DNA of 64,000 bases from positions 2,112,001 through 2,176,000 of the forward strand of contig OZ219926.1 of NCBI GenBank assembly GCA_964291405.2, written 5' to 3'. The translations under genes were made by a program, and so were the position numbers. This document shows positions 27,543-37,187 of the stretch, piece after piece (the first letter of the stretch is position 1; the number at the start of each line of letters is the position of its first letter). Under the pieces are notes generated by a model. The model did no database searches and was not told the origin of the DNA. It was given only the letters and a program-made list of their open reading frames with translations. The DNA is from Thermodesulfobacteriota bacterium. Lineage in GTDB: Bacteria > Desulfobacterota > Binatia > Bin18.

Positions 27543-28544
27543 ATGAAAAAATACCAAATCCTGGCGGTCGTCCTCGGTCTGCTTATTTTGACAGCATCAG
27601 CCGGGCGGGCAGACACCATTACGGCGTTCTTGGATAGCCCAGCCAACAATATCAGCGTTGCTGGGATTGAAACGATCCATGGCTGGGCCTTTGCGACCAA
27701 TAACGCGCCTGTGTCCGTCTACCTCCGGGTTGATGGAACTACCCAGCACGATTACCCCCTGCCGTGCTGTGGTCCACGAGAAGACGTGCAACAGTTAGTG
27801 GCAGGTGCTCCCCTCAACACGAGTTATTCCGGCGTGGTCAACTATGCCCGCTTAGGTGCTGGTGAGCATATCGTTGGCGTCGAGATTCAGGCTGAAGGCT
27901 GCGAACCGGTTATTATTGAGCATACCGTTACGGTCGCCGTGCCTGGTAACATCGAATTTAACAAAGCGTTCAGCTTTGAGGAGGCATGGACGGGGGTGGA
28001 TATGCCCAACGACCAGATACTCATTGTGAACGCAACAACGGGAGCTGAGATGGGCGGGTCGGCCAATCTGCGCGTGGATTATTCCCTGCCCACCCAGAAC
28101 ACCGGCATCGTTGAGGCATATAACGAGGACGGAACAACTGGCGAGACCCTGGACGCAGTGCAAGCAATTTTCAACGCGCGCTGTCTTCCCTGCCATTCGC
28201 ACGACAACGAGGAGGGCCACCCCGTCGCGAACCTGGATTTGGCCGAAGGGAATATGCCACGGAATACGATCGCCGCCAGAAGCGGTCAGCTCTCTGACGG
28301 CACCCTGCTGATCAATCCGGGTCGTCCGGATGAGAGCTATCTTGTAGAGAAAATATCCATGGATGCCCCCACCCGAGGCAGTCGTATGCCTCGGGGTATG
28401 CCGCCGTTGTCCGATGAGGAGATTGAGACCATTCGGAGTTGGGTACTTGGCGGAGCGCTCGTTCCGTTCGGTTTTGCTGGCCATGATGGAGATGGCAGGC
28501 ATGACGACGATCATGACCATGACGACGATCATGGCAATGGATAG
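27543..28544 (+). CDS. Secreted monoheme cytochrome c domain protein with N-terminal beta domain and His/Asp tail
   Basis: Signal peptide, CLPCH, PGRPDESYL..RMP..LSDEEIETIRSW (planctomycete cytochrome c-like), tail HDDDHDHDDDH. Confidence 0.8.
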   Translation: MKKYQILAVVLGLLILTASAGRADTITAFLDSPANNISVAGIETIHGWAFATNNAPVSVYLRVDGTTQHDYPLPCCGPREDVQQLVAGAPLNTSYSGVVNYARLGAGEHIVGVEIQAEGCEPVIIEHTVTVAVPGNIEFNKAFSFEEAWTGVDMPNDQILIVNATTGAEMGGSANLRVDYSLPTQNTGIVEAYNEDGTTGETLDAVQAIFNARCLPCHSHDNEEGHPVANLDLAEGNMPRNTIAARSGQLSDGTLLINPGRPDESYLVEKISMDAPTRGSRMPRGMPPLSDEEIETIRSWVLGGALVPFGFAGHDGDGRHDDDHDHDDDHGNG

Positions 28545-28716
28545 GAGATGGACACAGGCCGGCCGCTAGGGTAGGCGATCAGCCTTCTCTCATTTATTCG
28601 TCCCGGTTTTCTTGCTCTACGGCTGAAGACATAACCCGTCATGACTGATATGGCGGGTCTGCTCATCAGGCCGGAACATTCTCATTGCCGCGCGGTGGTG
28701 ATAAGAGAACGTAGCC

Positions 28717-30927
28717 GTGCTGGACTTGCTCAAGAAACATTTCGGTTATGACCAGTTCCGTCCGCTGCAAGCGGAGGTCATCGCCAGCGTGCTGGAACGG
28801 CGTGACACCCTGGTCCTGATGCCGACCGGCGGCGGGAAGTCCCTCTGCTATCAGTTGCCCGCGCTTCGCTTCGATGGGCTGACGCTGGTCGTCTCACCGC
28901 TGGTCGCCCTGATGAAAGATCAGGTCGATACGCTCAAGGCCAACGGCATCGCCGCGGAGTTCATCAACAGCAGCCTGACCTACCCGGAACTGAACCGTGT
29001 GCAGAGACGCGTACAGCGGAATGCGGTCAAAATCCTGTATGTTGCCCCGGAGCGGCTGGCCCTGCCGGGCTTCCTGGATTTCCTGGCCGAGCTCACGGTC
29101 AGTCTGGTGGCCGTGGACGAGGCGCACTGCATCTCCATGTGGGGCCACGAGTTCCGGCCTGATTACCGCAATCTCGTCACCCTGCGGCACGCCTTGCCCG
29201 GTGTCCCGTGTATCGCCCTGACCGCCACGGCGACCGAACAGGTCCGCCGCGATATTGCCGAACAGCTCGAACTGACTCAGCCACAGGAGTTCCTGGCCAG
29301 TTTCAACCGCGCCAACCTGACCTATAGCGTGCGTCCCAAGCGCAACTCCGTTGATGCGCTGGCGGACCTGCTGGACGAGTATCGGGGCGAGTCTTGCATC
29401 GTATACTGCTTTTCGCGCAAGAGCACGCAGGACCTGGCCACTGCGCTGTGCGAGCGGGGTCTGTCCGCCCTGCCCTACCACGCCGGCCTGGACGCGACAG
29501 TGCGTAGCCAGACTCAGGAGAAATTCATTCGCGATGAGGTTCCGATCATCGTGGCGACCATCGCCTTCGGGATGGGGATCGATAAGCCTGACGTCCGACT
29601 GGTCGTGCACTACGATCTGCCCAAGTCCCTCGAAGGCTATTACCAGGAGACGGGTCGCGCCGGGCGCGACGGCCTGCCCAGCGAGTGCGCCCTGTTTTAC
29701 TCCTATGGCGACAAGGTGAAGCAGGACTTCTTCATCGACCAGATAGAAGACGCGGCCGAGCAACGAAACGCACGGGACAAGTTGGCGCAGGTGATCGAGT
29801 TCTGCGACCTGCAAACCTGCCGCCGCAAATATCTGCTGGCCTATTTTGGCGAAGACTGGCGGCAGGACAACTGCGGGGGGTGCGACGTGTGTCTCACGCC
29901 CAGGGAGGAGTTCGATGCCACTGTTATCACCCAGAAAATCCTGTCAGCCGTCGTCCGTACGGGGGAGCGGTTCGGCATCGCGCACCTGAGCCAAGTACTG
30001 CGCGGCGCGAATACGAAACGCATTCGGGAATTACGGCACGACAGGCTGAGCGTGTACGGCATTGTGAGCGACTTCTCTGACAGTGAGATCAAAGAGGTGG
30101 CCGGTTTGCTGCAAGCCGGGGGTCTGCTGCGCAAGAACAGCCGCGAATACGCCGGCCTGAGTCTGACACCGGCGGGCCGGGCATTCCTCAAGAATCGAGA
30201 AAATTTGACCCTTACGCGCGCCAAACGGGCTGAACCGGCTCCCCGTACCACCCCCGACTCCGACCCGGCGCAGAGGTGGCGCAGACGGGATGCGCCGCCC
30301 CTGGCGGATGAGCAGGGCGACATTGCGGTTGACGCGGCGCTGTTCGAGAAGCTGCGCACGCTGCGTCGCGGGCTGGCCGAAGAGCGCAACGTGCCGCCGT
30401 ACGTCATCTTCGGCGACATGACGCTCAGACAGATGGCGGCCTATTTGCCCCAGAGCCGCGAGAGCCTGTCCCATATCTCGGGCGTGGGCGCGGCGAAGCT
30501 GGAGCGCTGGGGCGAGGCGTTTCTAGAGGTTATTCGCTCGTACGCCGTCGAGCAGGGTCTTGCGGAGCGTCCTGTACCGGGCACACGGCGCAGCAGAGAG
30601 CCGCAAGGTAGTAAGGTGAGTCGCAAAGGTTCAACGTATACCGCAACGAAACAGTTGCTTGAGCAGGGTCGGTCAATTACTGAGGTTGCAGTGGAGCGCG
30701 ACCTTACTCTCAGTACAATAGTGGGTCACGTTGAAAAGCTGGTCGCTGACGGCGAGGACGTTGCCCTTGGCCCATTGCTACCGGCGTCGGATCGTCTGGA
30801 GGCCATTCAACACGCACTAGACCGTTCCGGCACCACCACCCTGGCTCCGATCAAAGCGATGCTGGGCAAAGACTATACCTATGAGGAGATCCGATTGGTG
30901 CGAGCGTTCATGAGCCAATCACACTGA
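28717..30927 (+). CDS. recQ: ATP-dependent DNA helicase RecQ
   Basis: MPTGGGKSLCYQ, DEAHC, QETGRAGRDG, Zn/RQC, HRDC and C-terminal HTH. Confidence 0.97.
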   Translation: MLDLLKKHFGYDQFRPLQAEVIASVLERRDTLVLMPTGGGKSLCYQLPALRFDGLTLVVSPLVALMKDQVDTLKANGIAAEFINSSLTYPELNRVQRRVQRNAVKILYVAPERLALPGFLDFLAELTVSLVAVDEAHCISMWGHEFRPDYRNLVTLRHALPGVPCIALTATATEQVRRDIAEQLELTQPQEFLASFNRANLTYSVRPKRNSVDALADLLDEYRGESCIVYCFSRKSTQDLATALCERGLSALPYHAGLDATVRSQTQEKFIRDEVPIIVATIAFGMGIDKPDVRLVVHYDLPKSLEGYYQETGRAGRDGLPSECALFYSYGDKVKQDFFIDQIEDAAEQRNARDKLAQVIEFCDLQTCRRKYLLAYFGEDWRQDNCGGCDVCLTPREEFDATVITQKILSAVVRTGERFGIAHLSQVLRGANTKRIRELRHDRLSVYGIVSDFSDSEIKEVAGLLQAGGLLRKNSREYAGLSLTPAGRAFLKNRENLTLTRAKRAEPAPRTTPDSDPAQRWRRRDAPPLADEQGDIAVDAALFEKLRTLRRGLAEERNVPPYVIFGDMTLRQMAAYLPQSRESLSHISGVGAAKLERWGEAFLEVIRSYAVEQGLAERPVPGTRRSREPQGSKVSRKGSTYTATKQLLEQGRSITEVAVERDLTLSTIVGHVEKLVADGEDVALGPLLPASDRLEAIQHALDRSGTTTLAPIKAMLGKDYTYEEIRLVRAFMSQSH

Positions 30928-31090
30928 CTTCAGCCTCTAGTCCCCACCGCGTACTCCCATTATCCACAGGATGTACGCCCATTTTGAGCACTCAGATATT
31001 TTGTCTCAACCCGCTTGCAACCGGACCGTAGAGTGTCCTACCCTGGCAAGGATTGTTTAGAGACAGAAAATCGATCGCGAGGGAATCAGT

Positions 31091-32113
31091 ATGGATAAGA
31101 CCCTTATGCTTTCGCTCTACCGCGACATGATTCGCATTCGGCGCTTTGAGGAAGAAGCGGCTCGTTCGTATTCGCGGGGCAAGATTGGTGGCTTTCTGCA
31201 CCTGTATAATGGCCAAGAGGCGGTGGCGGTTGGGGCGATGTCGGCGGTTGAACCTACGGATTATATCGTGGCGACTTATCGGGACCACGGCCATTATCTG
31301 GCCCGGGTTGGAGATATGAATGCGGCCATGGCGGAACTGTTCGGCAAGGTGGATGGCTGTGCTAAGGGCCGGGGCGGTTCCATGCATTATTTTGACGTGG
31401 CGAAACGCTTCATGGGCGGCCACGCTATTGTCGGTGGCCATGTACCCATCGCCGCGGGGATTGCCTTTGCCTCGAAATATCGGGGCGAGTCGGATGTGAC
31501 CCTGTGCTTCTTTGGCGAAGGAACGGCCAATATGGGTGCCTTTCACGAGGGCCTGTCGCTGGCCGCGCTGTGGAAACTGCCCGTTATCTTTATTTGCGAG
31601 AACAATCTCTATTCCATGGGCACGCCCCTCTATCGGACCCTGTCGGTCGAGGACGTCGCCGTGCGGGCCAAGGGCTACCCTATGGCCCAGGAAATCGTGA
31701 ACGGCGACGATGTGCTTGAGGTCCGGGAGGTCATTCGTCACGCGGCCAAACGCGCCCGCACCGAGAGTTTGCCGATTCTCATTGAAGCCAAGACCTACCG
31801 TTTTCGGGGCCATTCCATGTCCGACCCGGCAAAATACCGCACCAAAGAAGAGGTCAAAGAGTGGATGGAGCGTGACCCCATCCGGCTTCTGGCCGAACGT
31901 ATCTACGCGTTGGGCATCGCCAACGAAGAGCAGCTCAAGGCTATTGACGAAGCCGCGAAACAAGAAGTAGCAGGGGCGGTGAATTTTGCCGATGAATCGC
32001 CGTCGCCCGACTCGGCCACGCTGTTTGATGACATCTACTACGAACCGGATCACCACGAGCAGGACGAAAAGGTTGTGCCGCTCGAAAAGCGTCGTCAGCA
32101 GGCGAGCGTGTAA
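31091..32113 (+). CDS. pdhA: Pyruvate dehydrogenase E1 alpha
   Basis: GFLHLYNGQEA, GRGGSMH, FGEG..N and YRFRGHSMSDP motifs. Confidence 0.95.
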   Translation: MDKTLMLSLYRDMIRIRRFEEEAARSYSRGKIGGFLHLYNGQEAVAVGAMSAVEPTDYIVATYRDHGHYLARVGDMNAAMAELFGKVDGCAKGRGGSMHYFDVAKRFMGGHAIVGGHVPIAAGIAFASKYRGESDVTLCFFGEGTANMGAFHEGLSLAALWKLPVIFICENNLYSMGTPLYRTLSVEDVAVRAKGYPMAQEIVNGDDVLEVREVIRHAAKRARTESLPILIEAKTYRFRGHSMSDPAKYRTKEEVKEWMERDPIRLLAERIYALGIANEEQLKAIDEAAKQEVAGAVNFADESPSPDSATLFDDIYYEPDHHEQDEKVVPLEKRRQQASV

Positions 32114-32123
32114 GAGCAGCGCA

Positions 32124-32145
32124 TCCCCCCCTCATTTGGGGGGGA
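32124..32145. other. Intergenic C7/G7 hairpin between pdhA and pdhB
   Basis: TCCCCCCC-tcattt-GGGGGGGA. Confidence 0.4.
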
Positions 32146-32161
32146 AGCGGAGAGCAAGCAG

Positions 32162-33139
32162 ATGCGAGAGCTGACATACCGGGAGGCGTTGCGAGAGGCC
32201 ATGGCAGAAGAGATGGAACGCGACGAGCGCGTGTTTCTCATGGGCGAAGAGGTCGGCCATTATAATGGCGCGTACAAAGTGTCCGAGGGCCTGCTCGACC
32301 GTTTTGGTGAGCGCCGGGTGGTGGATACGCCGATTGCGGAAACCGGCTTTGCCGGGGTGGGGATAGGCGCGGCCATGGTTGGGCTGCGACCCATCATTGA
32401 GTTCATGACCTGGAATTTTTCGCTATGCGCCTATGACCAACTCGTCAATAACGCGGCCAAGCTGCGCTATATGTCGGGGGGACAAATTACTCTGCCGATC
32501 GTCTTTCGTGGTCCAGGTGGGGCCGCGCATCAACTGGCCGCCCAGCACTCCCAGGCTGTCGAGAGCCTGTACGCCTATGTGCCAGGGCTGAAGGTCGTTG
32601 CGCCCTCAACTCCTGCCGATGCCAAGGGCTTGCTGAAGGCCGCCATCCGGGACGAAAACCCGGTGATTTTTATTGAGGGCGAAGTCCTGTACGGACGTAA
32701 AGGGCCGATCCAGGACGAGGAGTATCAGATTCCGCTCGGACAGGGCGAGGTCAAACGAACGGGCCAGGATGTGACTATTATCGCCTGGTCCAAGATGGTA
32801 CACGCCGCCCTGGACGCGGCCACCGAACTGGCAAAAGAAGGCATTGAACTCGAAGTGATCGACCCGCGCACCCTTCGCCCGCTGGACGACCGGATGATTT
32901 TTGATTCCGTCAAAAAGACCAACCGCTGTATTATTGTCGAGGAGGGCTGGCCGTTTGCCGGTCTTGGAGCGGAAATCGCCTACCGCATTATGAAGGAAGG
33001 CTTTGATTATCTGGACGCGCCGGTTGTCCGGGTCACTGGCGAAGACGTACCCATGCCCTATGCCAAAAACCTGGAGCATGAAGCCTTCCCTGGTGTTGAA
33101 AAAATCGTTCGTGCGGTCAGAGATGTGCTGTATAGCTAG
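32162..33139 (+). CDS. pdhB: Pyruvate dehydrogenase E1 beta
   Basis: MGEEV, DTPIAE, EFMTWNF and AQHSQ motifs. Confidence 0.95.
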   Translation: MRELTYREALREAMAEEMERDERVFLMGEEVGHYNGAYKVSEGLLDRFGERRVVDTPIAETGFAGVGIGAAMVGLRPIIEFMTWNFSLCAYDQLVNNAAKLRYMSGGQITLPIVFRGPGGAAHQLAAQHSQAVESLYAYVPGLKVVAPSTPADAKGLLKAAIRDENPVIFIEGEVLYGRKGPIQDEEYQIPLGQGEVKRTGQDVTIIAWSKMVHAALDAATELAKEGIELEVIDPRTLRPLDDRMIFDSVKKTNRCIIVEEGWPFAGLGAEIAYRIMKEGFDYLDAPVVRVTGEDVPMPYAKNLEHEAFPGVEKIVRAVRDVLYS

Positions 33140-33600
33140 GGAGACGGCAGTCCTCCCCCCAGCTCCTCCAGGCGACGTTGCGCACGGGAGAAACTGGGAT
33201 TGATACCCACGGCCTGCTCAAATGCCGCCTGGGCCGCATCGGTCTGACCCAGCCGCATATAGACCTCTCCTAATTCATAGTGGGCCACATCATCGCTCGG
33301 ACAGATCGCCAAGCCAGCCTGATAATAGGCGATGGCCGTTGCGTCATCGGTTGCTTTTCGGGCGGCGTCAAAGTCGTTAAACGCCCGGTTGCACGCCTCG
33401 TTTTGCTGTTGTTGCTGGGCCTGTTGTTGTTGGAGGGCCTCGGTCTCTCGCCGTAACTGTTCGGCTTCCTGGCGTAACCGCTCGATTTCCGCACGCTGCT
33501 CTTCGAGGATGGTAGTGTCGAACAGGCTGCACGAGGCCAGGCATACGCACAGCCCCAGAAAGAGCACAAAAAATGAAGAAGTGGATATACCTCGGGTCAT
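33136..33600 (-). CDS. TPR lipoprotein
   Basis: LASC lipobox, coiled coil, and TPR AHYELGEVY..AFEQAV.INP. Confidence 0.8.
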   Translation of the reverse strand: MTRGISTSSFFVLFLGLCVCLASCSLFDTTILEEQRAEIERLRQEAEQLRRETEALQQQQAQQQQQNEACNRAFNDFDAARKATDDATAIAYYQAGLAICPSDDVAHYELGEVYMRLGQTDAAQAAFEQAVGINPSFSRAQRRLEELGGGLPSP

Positions 33601-33609
33601 GCTCCGAAT

Positions 33610-33702
33610 GGGTCTGTTGGGTCTACTTGGGTCCTTTGGGCCAGTTGAGTCAGACTCAATAGACTCAATAAACCCAACAGACTCAACCGACTCAAAAGAC
33701 CC
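33610..33702. repeat. Palindromic array of approximately 9-bp units
   Basis: Left arm G(G/A)GTC-based units, right arm GACTC/AACCC+AA units; forms a long imperfect hairpin. Confidence 0.75.
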
Positions 33703-33707
33703 TAAAA

Positions 33708-34484
33708 TTAGAAGTTGTCTTTCAGAAAACGGGTCTTTTCCAAGACCGACACAGGGTCGAGGGAGAGGCCTGGGAAGGACCGTTGCACGTGCTCTTGCAG
33801 CTCAGAGCTGTCTACCCGGACAAAGGGGTTGATCTCTTTTTCTTCGCCCACCGTGCCGGGAATGGTCGGCTGGTTTTTGGCTCGCAGATCCTCGGCCCAG
33901 CGCAGTTTTTCCTGGAGTTTCACATTGCCCGGCTCCAGGCTGAGAGCGAAGTTCAGGTTGGTGACGGTATACTCATGCCCGCAGTAAATCTTGGTGTCGT
34001 CCGGTAACTGCATCAGCTTGACCATATTGTTGTGCATGTCTGCGGCCACGCCCTCAAACAAGCGTCCGCAACCGGCAATAAAGAGCGTATCGCCGGTAAA
34101 AATCGACTTTTCCGCTTCAAAATAGGCGGCAATATGGCCGCTGGTATGGCACGGGACAAAGAAAAAGCGCGCTTCGAGGTTTCCAATACGGACCGTATCG
34201 CCCTCATCAACCATATTGGTAATGCACGGCGTGCGCGTCTCGTCCCGCTTATGGCCGTAGACTTTGAGCTGCGGAAACTCTTTCACCAGCTCTTTATTCC
34301 CGCCCACATGGTCCCAGTGGTGATGGGTATTGATGATGGTCGTAAAATTCACGCCCTCGCGCTTGATCGCCGCGGCAACTGGACCGGCCTCGGACGGATC
34401 GACAACGCCGGCCTCGTTGGTCGCTTCATCAATAAGCACATAGGCGTAATTATCGGACAACACGGGGATAGGAAGGATTTTCAT
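33708..34484 (-). CDS. gloB: Hydroxyacylglutathione hydrolase (glyoxalase II)
   Basis: THHHWDHVGG, HTSGH, GDTLF..GCGRLFEG and CGHEYT motifs. Confidence 0.95.
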   Translation of the reverse strand: MKILPIPVLSDNYAYVLIDEATNEAGVVDPSEAGPVAAAIKREGVNFTTIINTHHHWDHVGGNKELVKEFPQLKVYGHKRDETRTPCITNMVDEGDTVRIGNLEARFFFVPCHTSGHIAAYFEAEKSIFTGDTLFIAGCGRLFEGVAADMHNNMVKLMQLPDDTKIYCGHEYTVTNLNFALSLEPGNVKLQEKLRWAEDLRAKNQPTIPGTVGEEKEINPFVRVDSSELQEHVQRSFPGLSLDPVSVLEKTRFLKDNF

Positions 34485-34507
34485 GGGTTTCTCCTGACTG
34501 CGCTGTG

Positions 34508-35656
34508 TTACTGCTCCATGGGAAAGCCGTACAGCTTAGCCGCGTTTTCGTAGACGAGTTTGCGGCGGATGTCTTCGGACAGATGGGCGAGCTGCTTGTG
34601 CAGAAATTCCTGGGAGTCCGGCCACACCCCGTCGGGATGCGGAAAGTCCGAGCCCCACATCACGTTGTTGACGCCGACTCGCTCGATCATATCCAGGCCG
34701 GTCTGATCCTGCTGAAAGGTGGCGTACATCTGTCGGTACCAATACTCGCTCGGCTTCATGGTGAGTTCGAGGTCTTGAAACTGATCTTCCCACTCATAGT
34801 CCATCCGTTCCAGGACGTAGGGAATCCAGCCGATCCCGGCTTCACCAATCACCACTCGGCACTGGTGGTAGCGCTCTAGTGCGCCACCATAGATCACCGC
34901 TCCGATGAAGCCGGCGGTGGCAATCTGAAATTCGGTCAGTACGGTGGCCAACCACATCCGCTTGGAGCGGCGGTCTGTGGCCCAGGTCATGTCGAGCTTG
35001 GGACCGATGGTATGCAAATGGATTGGTAGGCCGGTATCGTGCGAGGCTTCCCAGACCGGGTCCCAGTCAAGATGCCATAGCGGCCTCATACCGTGGCGGA
35101 CGGGCAGCTCAGCCCCTTTGAGGCCCATTTTCGCACAGCGACGGACTTCCTCAGCCGTTTTCTCGGGAGACGAAGCCGGCAGGCTCGCAACCGCGGCAAA
35201 ACGACTGGGCGCGGCTCGGCAGAATTCGGCAGCAAAATCATTATAAATCCTGACGACCGTGTCGGTCACCTCGGAATCATCAATCCGAAAGGCGGCGCCG
35301 AGAATACCGTAGATGACTTCACCCACGACACCGTCACGGTCCTGATCCTTGATCCGCAACTCGGGTACGGTCGTGCGCATAATCCCCTTGCCCTGGTCCT
35401 CGTAGAGGCCGGTTGAGGCCATCCGGTCGGCCCGATGAATCTGGCCTGGGATATACTGCCGGCCGGCCGAACCCATCCCGCCGACCAGCCCCATACTGGT
35501 TCCGTTGTGGGCGACCCAGGTTTTCCCCTCCGCTGCCTCGATCACCCGAGGCATTTTGTCTTTGAGGTGGGCCGGAGCATTCTCGGTAAAAAGAGAGGCC
35601 GGCAAACACGGGATGTCCATATGCCCGTCGGCCGAGATGACCGGGTGATTAAACAT
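34508..35656 (-). CDS. Amidohydrolase_2 family protein
   Basis: ISADGH, HLH, EAGIGW and WGSDFPH motifs. Confidence 0.9.
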   Translation of the reverse strand: MFNHPVISADGHMDIPCLPASLFTENAPAHLKDKMPRVIEAAEGKTWVAHNGTSMGLVGGMGSAGRQYIPGQIHRADRMASTGLYEDQGKGIMRTTVPELRIKDQDRDGVVGEVIYGILGAAFRIDDSEVTDTVVRIYNDFAAEFCRAAPSRFAAVASLPASSPEKTAEEVRRCAKMGLKGAELPVRHGMRPLWHLDWDPVWEASHDTGLPIHLHTIGPKLDMTWATDRRSKRMWLATVLTEFQIATAGFIGAVIYGGALERYHQCRVVIGEAGIGWIPYVLERMDYEWEDQFQDLELTMKPSEYWYRQMYATFQQDQTGLDMIERVGVNNVMWGSDFPHPDGVWPDSQEFLHKQLAHLSEDIRRKLVYENAAKLYGFPMEQ

Positions 35657-35779
35657 AGCGAGTCCTCCATATATTTAAGAGGTCAGAGAGCACTGCCCGC
35701 GCTTCTCCGCTGCGGGTCATGTCCACTGCGAGTCTTTTCTTAGCAGAAAGCGACAAGCAGGGGAAAGCGTGCTGTTACC

Positions 35780-37000
35780 TTGCCGGACGAGGAGCCGTGT
35801 GAAACAAGAACGCTGTCCCCATGCCACTCCCGGACTCGTATTTTGAACTGGCGCGTTTTCTATAGCCTGAACCTCGCGATTTTCACCTCTATGCTCGGCA
35901 TGGGCATCGTGATTCCGTTCATGCCGATTTACGCCAAGGAATTGGGCGCGACCGGAGTCAGTATCGGGGTGTTCTTTGCCAGCTTTCCCCTCGCTCAGAT
36001 CTTGTTTATGCCGCTCATTGGCCGGCTGTCCGACCGGCACGGCCGCAAGGCGTTTATTGCTGCCGGCCTGCTGCTCAGCAGTCTGATGTCGCTGGTCTAT
36101 GTGTCTGCCCCCAACATCGTGTACTTGACCCTGGGTCGGTTTTTCCAGGGGATTGCGGTTGCCCTCATTATTCCCATCTCGACCGCCTACGTCGGTGACC
36201 TTGCTCCCGCGGAGAAACGGGGCGAGTTGATGGGCATCTTCAATCTGGCCCTGACCAGTAGTATTGGAGTCGGTCCCCTGTTCGGGGGTTGGCTGAGCGA
36301 TACGTATGGCATGGCACTCAGTTTTTATTTAATGGGCGGCTTGAACGGACTGGCTTTTCTCTTTGTCCTGTTCTTTTTGGATGAGACTCGTTCTCCCCAC
36401 GCGGAGGTGCAGCGACCGCCGTCCTACCGCGAACTCTTACGCAGACCAAGTGTGCGCGGGATTGCCCTGTATCGCATGGTGACGTCCATTCAGATGGGAC
36501 TCTGGTTCTCCTTCCTCCCGTTGCTGGCCGTCGAACTATTGCAGCTCAGCCAATCCCGCATTGGGATCATCATGGCGACGTATATGCTGGTGAACAGCCT
36601 CGTCCAGATCCCATTTGGACGCATGGCCGACCGCTATAGCAAGCGGCTGCTGATTATCATCAGTGGCTACCTGGCCTCCTTCACGTTTGTGACCATCCTC
36701 TTTTCCGCTGGCTTCTGGGATTTACTGCTCATTAGTGCCTTCACCGGAATCATGGGAGCCTTGGCCGGCCCTGCTCTAACAGCCTTGGCCGCCGGCGAGG
36801 GCAAGCAGGGCGGAATGGGAGCGATGATGGGTGTGCTGAATATGGCGCTGAGCATCGGCATGATGCTCGGCCCGGTCGTCGCCGGGATGCTGTCGGATAT
36901 TGTCGGCCTACGGCCTCTATTCGGGTTTGGGGCAGTTGCCGGCGGGATTGGGACGCTGATATTTACCTGGCTGACCACAGAGAAGCCGGTAGTGAAATAG
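35780..37000 (+). CDS. MFS transporter, DHA1-like (true start probably about 20 codons downstream)
   Basis: GRLSDRHGRK motif A; about 12 TM segments. Confidence 0.9.
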   Translation: MPDEEPCETRTLSPCHSRTRILNWRVFYSLNLAIFTSMLGMGIVIPFMPIYAKELGATGVSIGVFFASFPLAQILFMPLIGRLSDRHGRKAFIAAGLLLSSLMSLVYVSAPNIVYLTLGRFFQGIAVALIIPISTAYVGDLAPAEKRGELMGIFNLALTSSIGVGPLFGGWLSDTYGMALSFYLMGGLNGLAFLFVLFFLDETRSPHAEVQRPPSYRELLRRPSVRGIALYRMVTSIQMGLWFSFLPLLAVELLQLSQSRIGIIMATYMLVNSLVQIPFGRMADRYSKRLLIIISGYLASFTFVTILFSAGFWDLLLISAFTGIMGALAGPALTALAAGEGKQGGMGAMMGVLNMALSIGMMLGPVVAGMLSDIVGLRPLFGFGAVAGGIGTLIFTWLTTEKPVVK

Positions 37001-37076
37001 CGCCGAGAGGCGGTCAACAGTTACTTTCCAGGTCACCTGAAACCTAACCAGCAGCTTATATGGAATGCCTATACCG

Positions 37077-37099
37077 GCAGCTTGTACGAGACAAGCTGC
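37077..37099. promoter_or_regulatory. Perfect inverted repeat upstream of the SulP gene
   Basis: GCAGCTTGT-acgag-ACAAGCTGC; no U-tract. Confidence 0.35.
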
Positions 37100-37187
37100 A
37101 TCTGTTACAAACGCTTTCCTGCGAGTCTTTTGTATTACGCAATGGTTTACAAACCAGACCCGACAGCACCAAGAACTACGAAGAACC

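Noticed and set aside
30960-30968. Perfect DnaA box TTATCCACA between recQ and pdhA
   Set aside because: A single box with no visible cluster, AT-rich unwinding element or dnaA/dnaN context; not enough to call an origin.
30992-32056. 354-aa ORF antisense to pdhA, and similar long antisense ORFs over thiolase, recQ and the XRE gene
   Set aside because: Shadow ORFs caused by GC-rich codon bias; they lack motifs and fully overlap well-supported genes.
31091-33139. pdhA-pdhB without adjacent E2/E3 genes
   Set aside because: Split PDH operons are common; the missing genes are probably elsewhere.
33610-33702. Possible CRISPR array
   Set aside because: Units are about 9 bp, degenerate, without unique spacers; no cas genes.
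33332-33832. ORF with a CCCCW run and DS repeats
   Set aside because: Antisense to the poly-Gln stretch of the TPR gene plus translation of the 9-mer repeat; not a real protein.
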